Shown piece by piece: positions 14,680 through 30,170 of a stretch of 64,000 bases of DNA. Location: the NCBI GenBank assembly GCA_964016885.1, contig OZ024742.1, forward strand, positions 292,640,001 through 292,704,000. Direction: 5' to 3'. Source of the stretch: Eledone cirrhosa. Its lineage: Eukaryota. The notes under the pieces are model-generated. The model was given only the letters and a program-made list of their open reading frames with translations, searched no databases and was not told the origin of the DNA. Each line of letters opens with the position of its first letter. The stretch's first letter is position 1. Position numbers and translations under genes: made by a program.

Positions 14680-17600
14680 ATAGCTTAATAGATATATCTG
14701 GTCATAAACACAACTATACTGAGTCAAGGTGATAGCTTAATAGATATATCTAGTCATAAACACAACTATACTGAGTCAAGGCAATAGCTTAATAGATATA
14801 TCTAGTCATAAACACAACTATATAACTGAGTCAAGGTGATAGCTTAATAGATATATCTAGTCATAAACACAACTATATTACTGAGTCAAGGTGATAGAGT
14901 AATAGATATATCTGGTCATAAACACAACTATACTGTGTCAAGGTGATAGCTTAATAGATATATCTAGTCATAAACACAACTATATTACTGAGTCAAGGTG
15001 ATAGCTTAATAGATATATCTAGTCATAAACACAACTATATTACTGAGTCAAGGTGATAGCTTAATAGATATATCTAGTCATAAACACAACTATACTGAGT
15101 CAAGGTGATAGCTTAATAGATATATCTGGTCATAAACACAACTATATTACTGAGTCAAGGTGATAGCTTAATAGATATAACTAGTCATAAACACAACTAT
15201 ATTACTGAGTCAAGGTGATAGCTTAATAGATATATCTAGTCATAAACACAACTATATTACTGAGTCAAGGTGATAGCTTAATAGATATATCTAGTCATAA
15301 ACACAACTATATTACTGAGTCAAGGTGATAGCTTAATAGATATATCTGGTCATAAACACAACTATACTGAGTCAAGGTGATAGCTTAATAGATATATCTG
15401 GTTATAAACACAACTATATTACTGAGTCAAGGTGATAGCTTAATAGATATATCTAGTCATAAACACAACTATATTACTGAGTCAAGGTGATAGCTTAATA
15501 GATATATCTAGTCATAAACACATCTATATTACTGAGTCAAGGTGATAGCTTAATAGATATATCTGGTCATAAACACAACTATACTGAGTCAAGGTGATAG
15601 CTTAATAGATATATCTGGTTATAAACACAACTATACTGAGTCAAGGTGATAGCTTAATAGATATATCTAGTCATAAACACAACTATATTACTGAGTCAAG
15701 GTGATAGCTTAATAGATATATCTAGTCATAAACACAACTATATTACAGAGTCAAGGTGATAGCTTAATAGATATATCTAGTCATAAACACAACTATATTA
15801 CTGAGCCAAGGTGATAGCTTAATAGATATATCTAGTCATAAACACGACTATATTACAGAGTCAAGGTGATAGCTTAATAGATATATCTAGTCATAAACAC
15901 AACTATATTACTGAGTCAAGGTGATACCTTAATAGATATATCTAGTCATAAACACAACTATATTACTGAATCAAGGTGATAGCTTAATAGATATATCTGG
16001 TCATAAACACAACTATACTTAGTCAAGGTGATAGCTTAATAGATGTATCTGGTCATAAACACAACTATACTGAGTCAAGGTGATAGCTTAATAGATATAT
16101 CTAGTCATAAACACAACTATATTACTGAGTCAAGGTGATAGCTTAATAGATATATCTAGTCATAAACACAACTATATTACTGAGTCAAGGTGATAGCTTA
16201 ATAGATATATCTAGTCATAAACACAACTATATTACTGAGTCAAGGTGATAGCTTAATAGATATATCTAGTCATAAACACAACTATACTGAGTCAAGGTGA
16301 TAGCTTAATAGATATATCTGGTCATAAACACAACTATACCGAGTTAAGGTGATAGCTTAATAGATATATCTGGTCATAAACACAACTATACTGAGTCAAG
16401 GTGATAGCTTAATAGATATATCTAGTCATAAACACAACTATATAACTGAGTCAAGGTGATAGCTTAATAGATATATCTAGTCATATACACAACTATATTA
16501 CTGAGTCAAGGTGATAGCTTAATAGATATATCTGGTCATAAACACAACTATACTGTGTCAAGGTGATAGCTTAATAGATATATCTAGTCATAAACACAAC
16601 TATATTACTGAGTCAAGGTGATAGCTTAATAGATATATCTAGTCATAAACACAACTATATTACTGAGTCAAGGTGATAGCTTAATAGATATATCTAGTCA
16701 TAAACACAACTATATTACTGAGTCAAGGTGATAGCTTAATAGACATATCTAGTCATAAACACAACTATATTACTGATTCAAGGTGATAGCTTAATAGATA
16801 TATCTAGTCATAAACACAACTATATTACTGAATCAAGGTGATAGCTTAATAGATATATCTGGTCATAAACACAACTATACTGTGTCAAGGTGATAGCTTA
16901 ATAGATATATCTAGTCATAAACACAACTATATTACTGAGTCAAGGTGATAGCTTAATAGATATATCTAGTCATAAACACAACTATATTACTGAGTCAAGG
17001 TGATAGCTTAATAGATATATCTAGTCATAAACACAACTATACTGAGTCAAGGTGATAGCTTAATAGATATATCTGGTCATAGGTGATAGCTTAATAGATA
17101 TATCTGGTCATAAACACAACTATACTGAGTCAAGGTGATAGCTTAATAGATATATCTAGTCATAAACACAACTATACTGAGTCAAGGCAATAGCTTAATA
17201 GATATATCTAGTCATAAACACAACTATATAACTGAGTCAAGGTGATAGCTTAATAGATATATCTAGTCATAAACACAACTATATTACTGAGTCAAGGTGA
17301 TAGCTTAATAGATATATCTAGTCATAAACACAACTATATTACAGAGTCAAGGTGATAGCTTAATAGATATATCTAGTCATAAACACAACTATATTACTGA
17401 GCCAAGGTGATAGCTTAATAGATATATCTAGTCATAAACACGACTATATTACAGAGTCAAGGTGATAGCTTAATAGATATATCTAGTCATAAACACAACT
17501 ATATTACTGAGTCAAGGTGATACCTTAATAGATATATCTAGTCATAAACACAACTATATTACTGAATCAAGGTGATAGCTTAATAGATATATCTGGTCAT

Positions 17601-20600
17601 AAACACAACTATACTTAGTCAAGGTGATAGCTTAATAGATGTATCTGGTCATAAACACAACTATACTGAGTCAAGGTGATAGCTTAATAGATATATCTAG
17701 TCATAAACACAACTATATTACTGAGTCAAGGTGATAGCTTAATAGATATATCTAGTCATAAACACAACTATATTACTGAGTCAAGGTGATAGCTTAATAG
17801 ATATATCTAGTCATAAACACAACTATATTACTGAGTCAAGGTGATAGCTTAATAGATATATCTAGTCATAAACACAACTATACTGAGTCAAGGTGATAGC
17901 TTAATAGATATATCTGGTCATAAACACAACTATACCGAGTTAAGGTGATAGCTTAATAGATATATCTGGTCATAAACACAACTATACTGAGTCAAGGTGA
18001 TAGCTTAATAGATATATCTAGTCATAAACACAACTATATAACTGAGTCAAGGTGATAGCTTAATAGATATATCTAGTCATATACACAACTATATTACTGA
18101 GTCAAGGTGATAGCTTAATAGATATATCTGGTCATAAACACAACTATACTGTGTCAAGGTGATAGCTTAATAGATATATCTAGTCATAAACACAACTATA
18201 TTACTGAGTCAAGGTGATAGCTTAATAGATATATCTAGTCATAAACACAACTATATTACTGAGTCAAGGTGATAGCTTAATAGATATATCTAGTCATAAA
18301 CACAACTATATTACTGAGTCAAGGTGATAGCTTAATAGACATATCTAGTCATAAACACAACTATATTACTGATTCAAGGTGATAGCTTAATAGATATATC
18401 TAGTCATAAACACAACTATATTACTGAGTCAAGGTGATAGCTTAATAGATATATCTGGTCATAAACACAACTCTACTGAGTCAAGGTGATAGCTTAATAG
18501 ATGTATCTAGTCGTAAACACAACTATATAACTGAGTCAAGGTGATAGCTTAATAGATATATCTAGTCATAAACACAACTATACTGAGTCAAGGTGATAGC
18601 TTAATAGATATATCTGGTCATAAACACAACTATACTGAGTCAAGGTGATAGCTTAATAGATATATCTGGTCAAAAACACAACTATACTGTGTCAAGGTGA
18701 TAGCTTAATAGATATATCTAGTCATAAACACAACTATATTACTGAGTCAAGATGATAGCTTAATAGATATATCTAGTCATAAACACAACTATATTACTGA
18801 GTCAAGGTGTTAGCTTAATAGATATATCTAGTCATAAACACAACTATATTACTGAGTCAAGGTGATAGCTTAATAGATATATCTAGTCATAAACACAACT
18901 ATACTGAGTCAAGGTGATAGCTTAATAGATATATCTGGTCATAGGTGATAGCTTAATAGATATATCTGGTCATAAACACAACTATACTGAGTCAAGGTGA
19001 TAGCTTAATAGATATATCTAGTCATAAACACAACTATACTGAGTCAAGGCAATAGCTTAATAGATATATCTAGTCATAAACACAACTATATAACTGAGTC
19101 AAGGTGATAGCTTAATAGATATATCTAGTCATAAACACAACTATATTACTGAGTCAAGGTGATAGAGTAATAGATATATCTGGTCATAAACACAACTATA
19201 CTGTGTCAAGGTGATAGCTTAATAGATATATCTAGTCATAAACACAACTATATTACTGAGTCAAGGTGATAGCTTAATAGATATATCTAGTCATAAACAC
19301 AACTATATTACTGAGTCAAGGTGATAGCTTAATAGATATATCTAGTCATAAACACAACTATACTGAGTCAAGGTGATAGCTTAATAGATATATCTGGTCA
19401 TAAACACAACTATATTACTGAGTCAAGGTGATAGCTTAATAGATATAACTAGTCATAAACACAACTATATTACTGAGTCAAGGTGATAGCTTAATAGATA
19501 TATCTAGTCATAAACACAACTATATTACTGAGTCAAGGTGATAGCTTAATAGATATATCTAGTCATAAACACAACTATATTACTGAGTCAAGGTGATAGC
19601 TTAATAGATATATCTGGTCATAAACACAACTATACTGAGTCAAGGTGATAGCTTAATAGATATATCTGGTTATAAACACAACTATATTACTGAGTCAAGG
19701 TGATAGCTTAATAGATATATCTAGTCATAAACACAACTATATTACTGAGTCAAGGTGATAGCTTAATAGATATATCTAGTCATAAACACATCTATATTAC
19801 TGAGTCAAGGTGATAGCTTAATAGATATATCTGGTCATAAACACAACTATACTGAGTCAAGGTGATAGCTTAATAGATATATCTGGTTATAAACACAACT
19901 ATACTGAGTCAAGGTGATAGCTTAATAGATATATCTAGTCATAAACACAACTATATTACTGAGTCAAGGTGATAGCTTAATAGATATATCTAGTCATAAA
20001 CACAACTATATTACAGAGTCAAGGTGATAGCTTAATAGATATATCTAGTCATAAACACAACTATATTACTGAGCCAAGGTGATAGCTTAATAGATATATC
20101 TAGTCATAAACACGACTATATTACAGAGTCAAGGTGATAGCTTAATAGATATATCTAGTCATAAACACAACTATATTACTGAGTCAAGGTGATACCTTAA
20201 TAGATATATCTAGTCATAAACACAACTATATTACTGAATCAAGGTGATAGCTTAATAGATATATCTGGTCATAAACACAACTATACTTAGTCAAGGTGAT
20301 AGCTTAATAGATGTATCTGGTCATAAACACAACTATACTGAGTCAAGGTGATAGCTTAATAGATATATCTAGTCATAAACACAACTATATTACTGAGTCA
20401 AGGTGATAGCTTAATAGATATATCTAGTCATAAACACAACTATATTACTGAGTCAAGGTGATAGCTTAATAGATATATCTAGTCATAAACACAACTATAT
20501 TACTGAGTCAAGGTGATAGCTTAATAGATATATCTAGTCATAAACACAACTATACTGAGTCAAGGTGATAGCTTAATAGATATATCTGGTCATAAACACA

Positions 20601-23600
20601 ACTATACCGAGTTAAGGTGATAGCTTAATAGATATATCTGGTCATAAACACAACTATACTGAGTCAAGGTGATAGCTTAATAGATATATCTAGTCATAAA
20701 CACAACTATATAACTGAGTCAAGGTGATAGCTTAATAGATATATCTAGTCATATACACAACTATATTACTGAGTCAAGGTGATAGCTTAATAGATATATC
20801 TGGTCATAAACACAACTATACTGTGTCAAGGTGATAGCTTAATAGATATATCTAGTCATAAACACAACTATATTACTGAGTCAAGGTGATAGCTTAATAG
20901 ATATATCTAGTCATAAACACAACTATATTACTGAGTCAAGGTGATAGCTTAATAGATATATCTAGTCATAAACACAACTATATTACTGAGTCAAGGTGAT
21001 AGCTTAATAGACATATCTAGTCATAAACACAACTATATTACTGATTCAAGGTGATAGCTTAATAGATATATCTAGTCATAAACACAACTATATTACTGAA
21101 TCAAGGTGATAGCTTAATAGATATATCTGGTCATAAACACAACTATACTGTGTCAAGGTGATAGCTTAATAGATATATCTAGTCATAAACACAACTATAT
21201 TACTGAGTCAAGGTGATAGCTTAATAGATATATCTAGTCATAAACACAACTATATTACTGAGTCAAGGTGATAGCTTAATAGATATATCTAGTCATAAAC
21301 ACAACTATACTGAGTCAAGGTGATAGCTTAATAGATATATCTGGTCATAGGTGATAGCTTAATAGATATATCTGGTCATAAACACAACTATACTGAGTCA
21401 AGGTGATAGCTTAATAGATATATCTAGTCATAAACACAACTATACTGAGTCAAGGCAATAGCTTAATAGATATATCTAGTCATAAACACAACTATATAAC
21501 TGAGTCAAGGTGATAGCTTAATAGATATATCTAGTCATAAACACAACTATATTACTGAGTCAAGGTGATAGCTTAATAGATATATCTAGTCATAAACACA
21601 ACTATATTACAGAGTCAAGGTGATAGCTTAATAGATATATCTAGTCATAAACACAACTATATTACTGAGCCAAGGTGATAGCTTAATAGATATATCTAGT
21701 CATAAACACGACTATATTACAGAGTCAAGGTGATAGCTTAATAGATATATCTAGTCATAAACACAACTATATTACTGAGTCAAGGTGATACCTTAATAGA
21801 TATATCTAGTCATAAACACAACTATATTACTGAATCAAGGTGATAGCTTAATAGATATATCTGGTCATAAACACAACTATACTTAGTCAAGGTGATAGCT
21901 TAATAGATGTATCTGGTCATAAACACAACTATACTGAGTCAAGGTGATAGCTTAATAGATATATCTAGTCATAAACACAACTATATTACTGAGTCAAGGT
22001 GATAGCTTAATAGATATATCTAGTCATAAACACAACTATATTACTGAGTCAAGGTGATAGCTTAATAGATATATCTAGTCATAAACACAACTATATTACT
22101 GAGTCAAGGTGATAGCTTAATAGATATATCTAGTCATAAACACAACTATACTGAGTCAAGGTGATAGCTTAATAGATATATCTGGTCATAAACACAACTA
22201 TACCGAGTTAAGGTGATAGCTTAATAGATATATCTGGTCATAAACACAACTATACTGAGTCAAGGTGATAGCTTAATAGATATATCTAGTCATAAACACA
22301 ACTATATAACTGAGTCAAGGTGATAGCTTAATAGATATATCTAGTCATATACACAACTATATTACTGAGTCAAGGTGATAGCTTAATAGATATATCTGGT
22401 CATAAACACAACTATACTGTGTCAAGGTGATAGCTTAATAGATATATCTAGTCATAAACACAACTATATTACTGAGTCAAGGTGATAGCTTAATAGATAT
22501 ATCTAGTCATAAACACAACTATATTACTGAGTCAAGGTGATAGCTTAATAGATATATCTAGTCATAAACACAACTATATTACTGAGTCAAGGTGATAGCT
22601 TAATAGACATATCTAGTCATAAACACAACTATATTACTGATTCAAGGTGATAGCTTAATAGATATATCTAGTCATAAACACAACTATATTACTGAGTCAA
22701 GGTGATAGCTTAATAGATATATCTGGTCATAAACACAACTCTACTGAGTCAAGGTGATAGCTTAATAGATGTATCTAGTCGTAAACACAACTATATAACT
22801 GAGTCAAGGTGATAGCTTAATAGATATATCTAGTCATAAACACAACTATACTGAGTCAAGGTGATAGCTTAATAGATATATCTGGTCATAAACACAACTA
22901 TACTGAGTCAAGGTGATAGCTTAATAGATATATCTGGTCAAAAACACAACTATACTGTGTCAAGGTGATAGCTTAATAGATATATCTAGTCATAAACACA
23001 ACTATATTACTGAGTCAAGATGATAGCTTAATAGATATATCTAGTCATAAACACAACTATATTACTGAGTCAAGGTGTTAGCTTAATAGATATATCTAGT
23101 CATAAACACAACTATATTACTGAGTCAAGGTGATAGCTTAATAGATATATCTAGTCATAAACACAACTATACTGAGTCAAGGTGATAGCTTAATAGATAT
23201 ATCTGGTCATAGGTGATAGCTTAATAGATATATCTGGTCATAAACACAACTATACTGAGTCAAGGTGATAGCTTAATAGATATATCTAGTCATAAACACA
23301 ACTATACTGAGTCAAGGCAATAGCTTAATAGATATATCTAGTCATAAACACAACTATATAACTGAGTCAAGGTGATAGCTTAATAGATATATCTAGTCAT
23401 AAACACAACTATATTACTGAGTCAAGGTGATAGATTAATAGATATATCTGGTCATAAACACAACTATACTGTGTCAAGGTGATAGCTTAATAGATATATC
23501 TAGTCATAAACACAACTATATTACTGAGTCAAGGTGATAGCTTAATAGATATATCTAGTCATAAACACAACTATATTACTGAGTCAAGGTGATAGCTTAA

Positions 23601-24000
23601 TAGATATATCTAGTCATAAACACAACTATACTGAGTCAAGGTGATAGCTTAATAGATATATCTGGTCATAAACACAACTATATTACTGAGTCAAGGTGAT
23701 AGCTTAATAGATATAACTAGTCATAAACACAACTATATTACTGAGTCAAGGTGATAGCTTAATAGATATATCTAGTCATAAACACAACTATATTACTGAG
23801 TCAAGGTGATAGCTTAATAGATATATCTAGTCATAAACACAACTATATTACTGAGTCAAGGTGATAGCTTAATAGATATATCTGGTCATAAACACAACTA
23901 TACTGAGTCAAGGTGATAGCTTAATAGATATATCTGGTTATAAACACAACTATATTACTGAGTCAAGGTGATAGCTTAATAGATATATCTAGTCATAAAC
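14680..24000 (+). repeat. Tandem duplication with a 4268-bp period (~80 monomers, ~2.2 copies)
   Basis: Markers at +4268: GGCAATAG 14782/19050/23318; GATAGAGT 14899/19167; TATAACTAG 15180/19448/23716; CATATACAC 16486/20754 and 18082/22350; 21-bp deletion junctions 17081/21349 and 18943/23211. Confidence 0.93.
17075..17090 (+). other. Deletion-bearing monomer junction GGTCAT|AGGTGA (21-bp loss); also at ~18943, ~21349 and ~23211
   Basis: The sequence reads ggtcataggtgatagc. The size is confirmed by the 11374-to-11395 offset shift against the intact paralogue at ~34585-34606. Confidence 0.92.
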
Positions 24001-27000
24001 ACGACTATATTACAGAGTCAAGGTGATACCTTAATAGATATATCTAGTCATAAACACAACTATATTACTGAGTCAAGGTGATAGCTTAATAGATATATCT
24101 GGTCATAAACACAACTATACTTAGTCAAGGTGATAGCTTAATAGATGTATCTGGTCATAAACACAACTATACTGAGTCAAGGTGATAGCTTAATAGATAT
24201 ATCTAGTCATAAACACAACTATATTACTGAGTCAAGGTGATAGCTTAATAGATATATCTAGTCATAAACACAACTATATTACTGAGTCAAGGTGATAGCT
24301 TAATAGATATATCTAGTCATAAACACAACTATATTACTGAGTCAAGGTGATAGCTTAATAGATATATCTAGTCATAAACACAACTATACTGAGTCAAGGT
24401 GATAGCTTAATAGATATATCTGGTCATAAACACAACTATACCGAGTTAAGGTGATAGCTTAATAGATATATCTGGTCATAAACACAACTATACTGAGTCA
24501 AGGTGATAGCTTAATAGATATATCTAGTCATAAACACAACTATACTGAGTCAAGGTGATAGCTTAATAGATATATCTAGTCATAAACACAACTATATAAC
24601 TGAGTCAAGGTGATAGCTTAATAGATATATCTAGTCATAAACACAACTATATTACTGAGTCAAGGTGATAGCTTAATAGATATATCTGGTCATAAACACA
24701 ACTATACTGTGTCAAGGTGATAGCTTAATAGATATATCTAGTCATAAACACAACTATATTACTGAGTCAAGGTGATAGCTTAATAGATATATCTAGTCAT
24801 AAACACAACTATATTACTGAGTCAAGGTGATAGCTTAATAGATATATCTAGTCATAAACACAACTATATTACTGAGTCAAGGTGATAGCTTAATAGATAT
24901 ATCTAGTCATAAACACAACTATACTGAGTCAAGGTGATAGCTTAATAGATATATCTGGTCATAAACACAACTATATTACTGAGTCAAGGTGATAGCTTAA
25001 TAGATATATCTAGTCATAAACACAACTATATTACTGAGTCAAGGTGATAGCTTAATAGATATATCTAGTCATAAACACAACTATATTACTGAGTCAAGGT
25101 GATAGCTTAATATATATATCTAGTCATAAACACAACTATATTACTGAGTCAAGGTGATAGCTTAATAGATATATCTGGTCATAAACACAACTATACTGAG
25201 TCAAGGTGATAGCTTAATAGATATATCTGGTTATAAACACAACTATATTACTGAGTCAAGGTGATAGCTTAATAGATATATCTAGTCATAAACACAACTA
25301 TATTACTGAGTCAAGGTGATAGCTTAATAGATATATCTAGTCATAAACACATCTATATTACTGAGTCAAGGTGATAGCTTAATAGATATATCTGGTCATA
25401 AACACAACTATACTGAGTCAAGGTGATAGCTTAATAGATATATCTGGTTATAAACACAACTATACTGAGTCAAGGTGATAGCTTAATAGATATATCTAGT
25501 CATAAACACAACTATATTACTGAGTCAAGGTGATAGCTTAATAGATATATCTAGTCATAAACACAACTATATTACAGAGTCAAGGTGATAGCTTAATAGA
25601 TATATCTAGTCATAAACACAACTATATTACTGAGCCAAGGTGATAGCTTAATAGATATATCTAGTCATAAACACGACTATATTACAGAGTCAAGGTGATA
25701 GCTTAATAGATTTATCTAGTCATAAACACAACTATATTACTGAGTCAAGGTGATACCTTAATAGATATATCTAGTCATAAACACAACTATATTACTGAGT
25801 CAAGGTGATAGCTTAATAGATATATCTGGTCATAAACACAACTATACTTAGTCAAGGTGATAGCTTAATAGATGTATCTGGTCATAAACACAACTATACT
25901 GAGTCAAGGTGATAGCTTAATAGATATATCTAGTCATAAACACAACTATATTACTGAGTCAAGGTGATAGCTTAATAGATATATCTAGTCATAAACACAA
26001 CTATATTACTGAGTCAAGGTGATAGCTTAATAGATATATCTAGTCATAAACACAACTATATTACTGAGTCAAGGTGATAGCTTAATAGATATATCTAGTC
26101 ATAAACACAACTATACTGAGTCAAGGTGATAGCTTAATAGATATATCTGGTCATAAACACAACTATACCGAGTTAAGGTGATAGCTTAATAGATATATCT
26201 GGTCATAAACACAACTATACTGAGTCAAGGTGATAGCTTAATAGATATATCTAGTCATAAACACAACTATACTGAGTCAAGGTGATAGCTTAATAGATAT
26301 ATCTAGTCATAAACACAACTATATAACTGAGTCAAGGTGATAGCTTAATAGATATATCTAGTCATAAACACAACTATATTACTGAGTCAAGGTGATAGCT
26401 TAATAGATATATCTGGTCATAAACACAACTATACTGTGTCAAGGTGATAGCTTAATAGATATATCTAGTCATAAACACAACTATATTACTGAGTCAAGGT
26501 GATAGCTTAATAGATATATCTAGTCATAAACACAACTATATTACTGAGTCAAGGTGATAGCTTAATAGATATATCTAGTCATAAACACAACTATACTGAG
26601 TCAAGGTGATAGCTTAATAGATATATCTGGTCATAAACACAACTATATTACTGAGTCAAGGTGATAGCTTAATAGATATATCTAGTCATAAACACAACTA
26701 TATTACAGAGTCAAGGTGATAGCTTAATAGATATATCTAGTCATAAACACAACTATATTACTGAGCCAAGGTGATAGCTTAATAGATATATCTAGTCATA
26801 AACACGACTATATTACAGAGTCAAGGTGATAGCTTAATAGATATATCTAGTCATAAACACAACTATATTACTGAGTCAAGGTGATACCTTAATAGATATA
26901 TCTAGTCATAAACACAACTATATTACTGAGTCAAGGTGATAGCTTAATAGATATATCTGGTCATAAACACAACTATACTTAGTCAAGGTGATAGCTTAAT

Positions 27001-30000
27001 AGATGTATCTGGTCATAAACACAACTATACTGAGTCAAGGTGATAGCTTAATAGATATATCTAGTCATAAACACAACTATATTACTGAGTCAAGGTGATA
27101 GCTTAATAGATATATCTAGTCATAAACACAACTATATTACTGAGTCAAGGTGATAGCTTAATAGATATATCTAGTCATAAACACAACTATATTACTGAGT
27201 CAAGGTGATAGCTTAATAGATATATCTAGTCATAAACACAACTATACTGAGTCAAGGTGATAGCTTAATAGATATATCTGGTCATAAACACAACTATACC
27301 GAGTTAAGGTGATAGCTTAATAGATATATCTGGTCATAAACACAACTATACTGAGTCAAGGTGATAGCTTAATAGATATATCTAGTCATAAACACAACTA
27401 TACTGAGTCAAGGTGATAGCTTAATAGATATATCTAGTCATAAACACAACTATATAACTGAGTCAAGGTGATAGCTTAATAGATATATCTAGTCATAAAC
27501 ACAACTATATTACTGAGTCAAGGTGATAGCTTAATAGATATATCTGGTCATAAACACAACTATACTGTGTCAAGGTGATAGCTTAATAGATATATCTAGT
27601 CATAAACACAACTATATTACTGAGTCAAGGTGATAGCTTAATAGATATATCTAGTCATAAACACAACTATATTACTGAGTCAAGGTGATAGCTTAATAGA
27701 TATATCTAGTCATAAACACAACTATATTACTGAGTCAAGGTGATAGCTTAATAGATATATCTAGTCATAAACACAACTATACTGAGTCAAGGTGATAGCT
27801 TAATAGATATATCTGGTTATAAACACAACTATATTACTGAGTCAAGGTGATAGCTTAATAGATATATCTAGTCATAAACACAACTATATTACTGAGTCAA
27901 GGTGATAGCTTAATAGATATATCTAGTCATAAACACAACTATATTACTGAGTCAAAGTGATAGCTTAATAGATATATCTAGTCATAAACACAACTATATT
28001 ACTGAGTCAAGGTGATAGCTTAATAGATATATCTGGTCATAAACACAACTATACTGAGTCAAGGTGATAGCTTAATAGATATATCTGGTTATAAACACAA
28101 CTATATTACTGAGTCAAGGTGATAGCTTAATAGATATATCTAGTCATAAACACAACTATATTACTGAGTCAAGGTGATAGCTTAATAGATATATCTAGTC
28201 ATAAACACATCTATATTACTGAGTCAAGGTGATAGCTTAATAGATATATCTGGTCATAAACACAACTATACTGAGTCAAGGTGATAGCTTAATAGATATA
28301 TCTGGTTATAAACACAACTATACTGAGTCAAGGTGATAGCTTAATAGATATATCTAGTCATAAACACAACTATATTACTGAGTCAAGGTGATAGCTTAAT
28401 AGATATATCTAGTCATAAACACAACTATATTACAGAGTCAAGGTGATAGCTTAATAGATATATCTAGTCATAAACACAACTATATTACTGAGCCAAGGTG
28501 ATAGCTTAATATATATATCTAGTCATAAACACGACTATATTACAGAGTCAAGGTGATAGCTTAATAGATATATCTAGTCATAAACACAACTATATTACTG
28601 AGTCAAGGTGATACCTTAATAGATATATCTAGTCATAAACACAACTATATTACTGAGTCAAGGTGATAGCTTAATAGATATATCTGGTCATAAACACAAC
28701 TATACTTAGTCAAGGTGATAGCTTAATAGATGTATCTGGTCATAAACACAACTATACTGAGTCAAGGTGATAGCTTAATAGATATATCTAGTCATAAACA
28801 CAACTATATTACTGAGTCAAGGTGATAGCTTAATAGATATATCTAGTCATAAACACAACTATATTACTGAGTCAAGGTGATAGCTTAATAGATATATCTA
28901 GTCATAAACACAACTATATTACTGAGTCAAGGTGATAGCTTAATAGATATATCTAGTCATAAACACAACTATACTAAGTCAAGGTGATAGCTTAATAGAT
29001 ATATCTGGTCATAAACACAACTATACCGAGTTAAGGTGATAGCTTAATAGATATATCTGGTCATAAACACAACTATACTGAGTCAAGGTGATAGCTTAAT
29101 AGATATATCTAGTCATAAACACAACTATACTGAGTCAAGGTGATAGCTTAATAGATATATCTAGTCATAAACACAACTATATAACTGAGTCAAGGTGATA
29201 GCTTAATAGATATATCTAGTCATAAACACAACTATATTACTGAGTCAAGGTGATAGCTTAATAGATATATCTGGTCATAAACACAACTATACTGTGTCAA
29301 GGTGATAGCTTAATAGATATATCTAGTCATAAACACAACTATATTACTGAGTCAAGGTGATAGCTTAATAGATATATCTAGTCATAAACACAACTATATT
29401 ACTGAGTCAAGGTGATAGCTTAATAGATATATCTAGTCATAAACACAACTATACTGAGTCAAGGTGATAGCTTAATAGATATATCTGGTCATAAACACAA
29501 CTATATTACTGAGTCAAGGTGATAGCTTAATAGATATATCTAGTCATAAACACAACTATATTACTGAGTCAAGGTGATAGCTTAATAGATATATCTAGTC
29601 ATAAACACAACTATATTACTGAGTCAAGGTGATAGCTTAATAGATATATCTAGTCATAAACACAACTATATTACTGAGTCAAGGTGATAGCTTAATAGAT
29701 ATATCTGGTCATAAACACAACTATACTGAGTCAAGGTGATAGCTTAATAGATATATCTGGTTATAAACACAACTATACTGAGTCAAGGTGATAGCTTAAT
29801 AGATATATCTAGTCATAAACACAACTATATTACAGAGTCAAGGTGATAGCTTAATAGATATATCTAGTCATAAACACAACTATATTACTGAGCCAAGGTG
29901 ATAGCTTAATAGATATATCTAGTCATAAACACGACTATATTACAGAGTCAAGGTGATAGCTTAATAGATATATCTAGTCATAAACACAACTATATTACTG

Positions 30001-30170
30001 AGTCAAGGTGATACCTTAATAGATATATCTAGTCATAAACACAACTATATTACTGAGTCAAGGTGATAGCTTAATAGATATATCTGGTCATAAACACAAC
30101 TATACTTAGTCAAGGTGATAGCTTAATAGATGTATCTGGTCATAAACACAACTATACTGAGTCAAGGTGA
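21750..30170 (+). repeat. ~8.4-kb segmental duplication, copy 1 (copy 2 at ~33120-41560)
   Basis: The offset is 11374 upstream of the 21-bp deletion at 23211 (21791/33165, 22350/33724, 22941/34315). It is 11395 downstream of it (23318/34713, 25113/36508, 25712/37107, 27956/39351, 28512/39907, 30132/41527). Confidence 0.92.
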
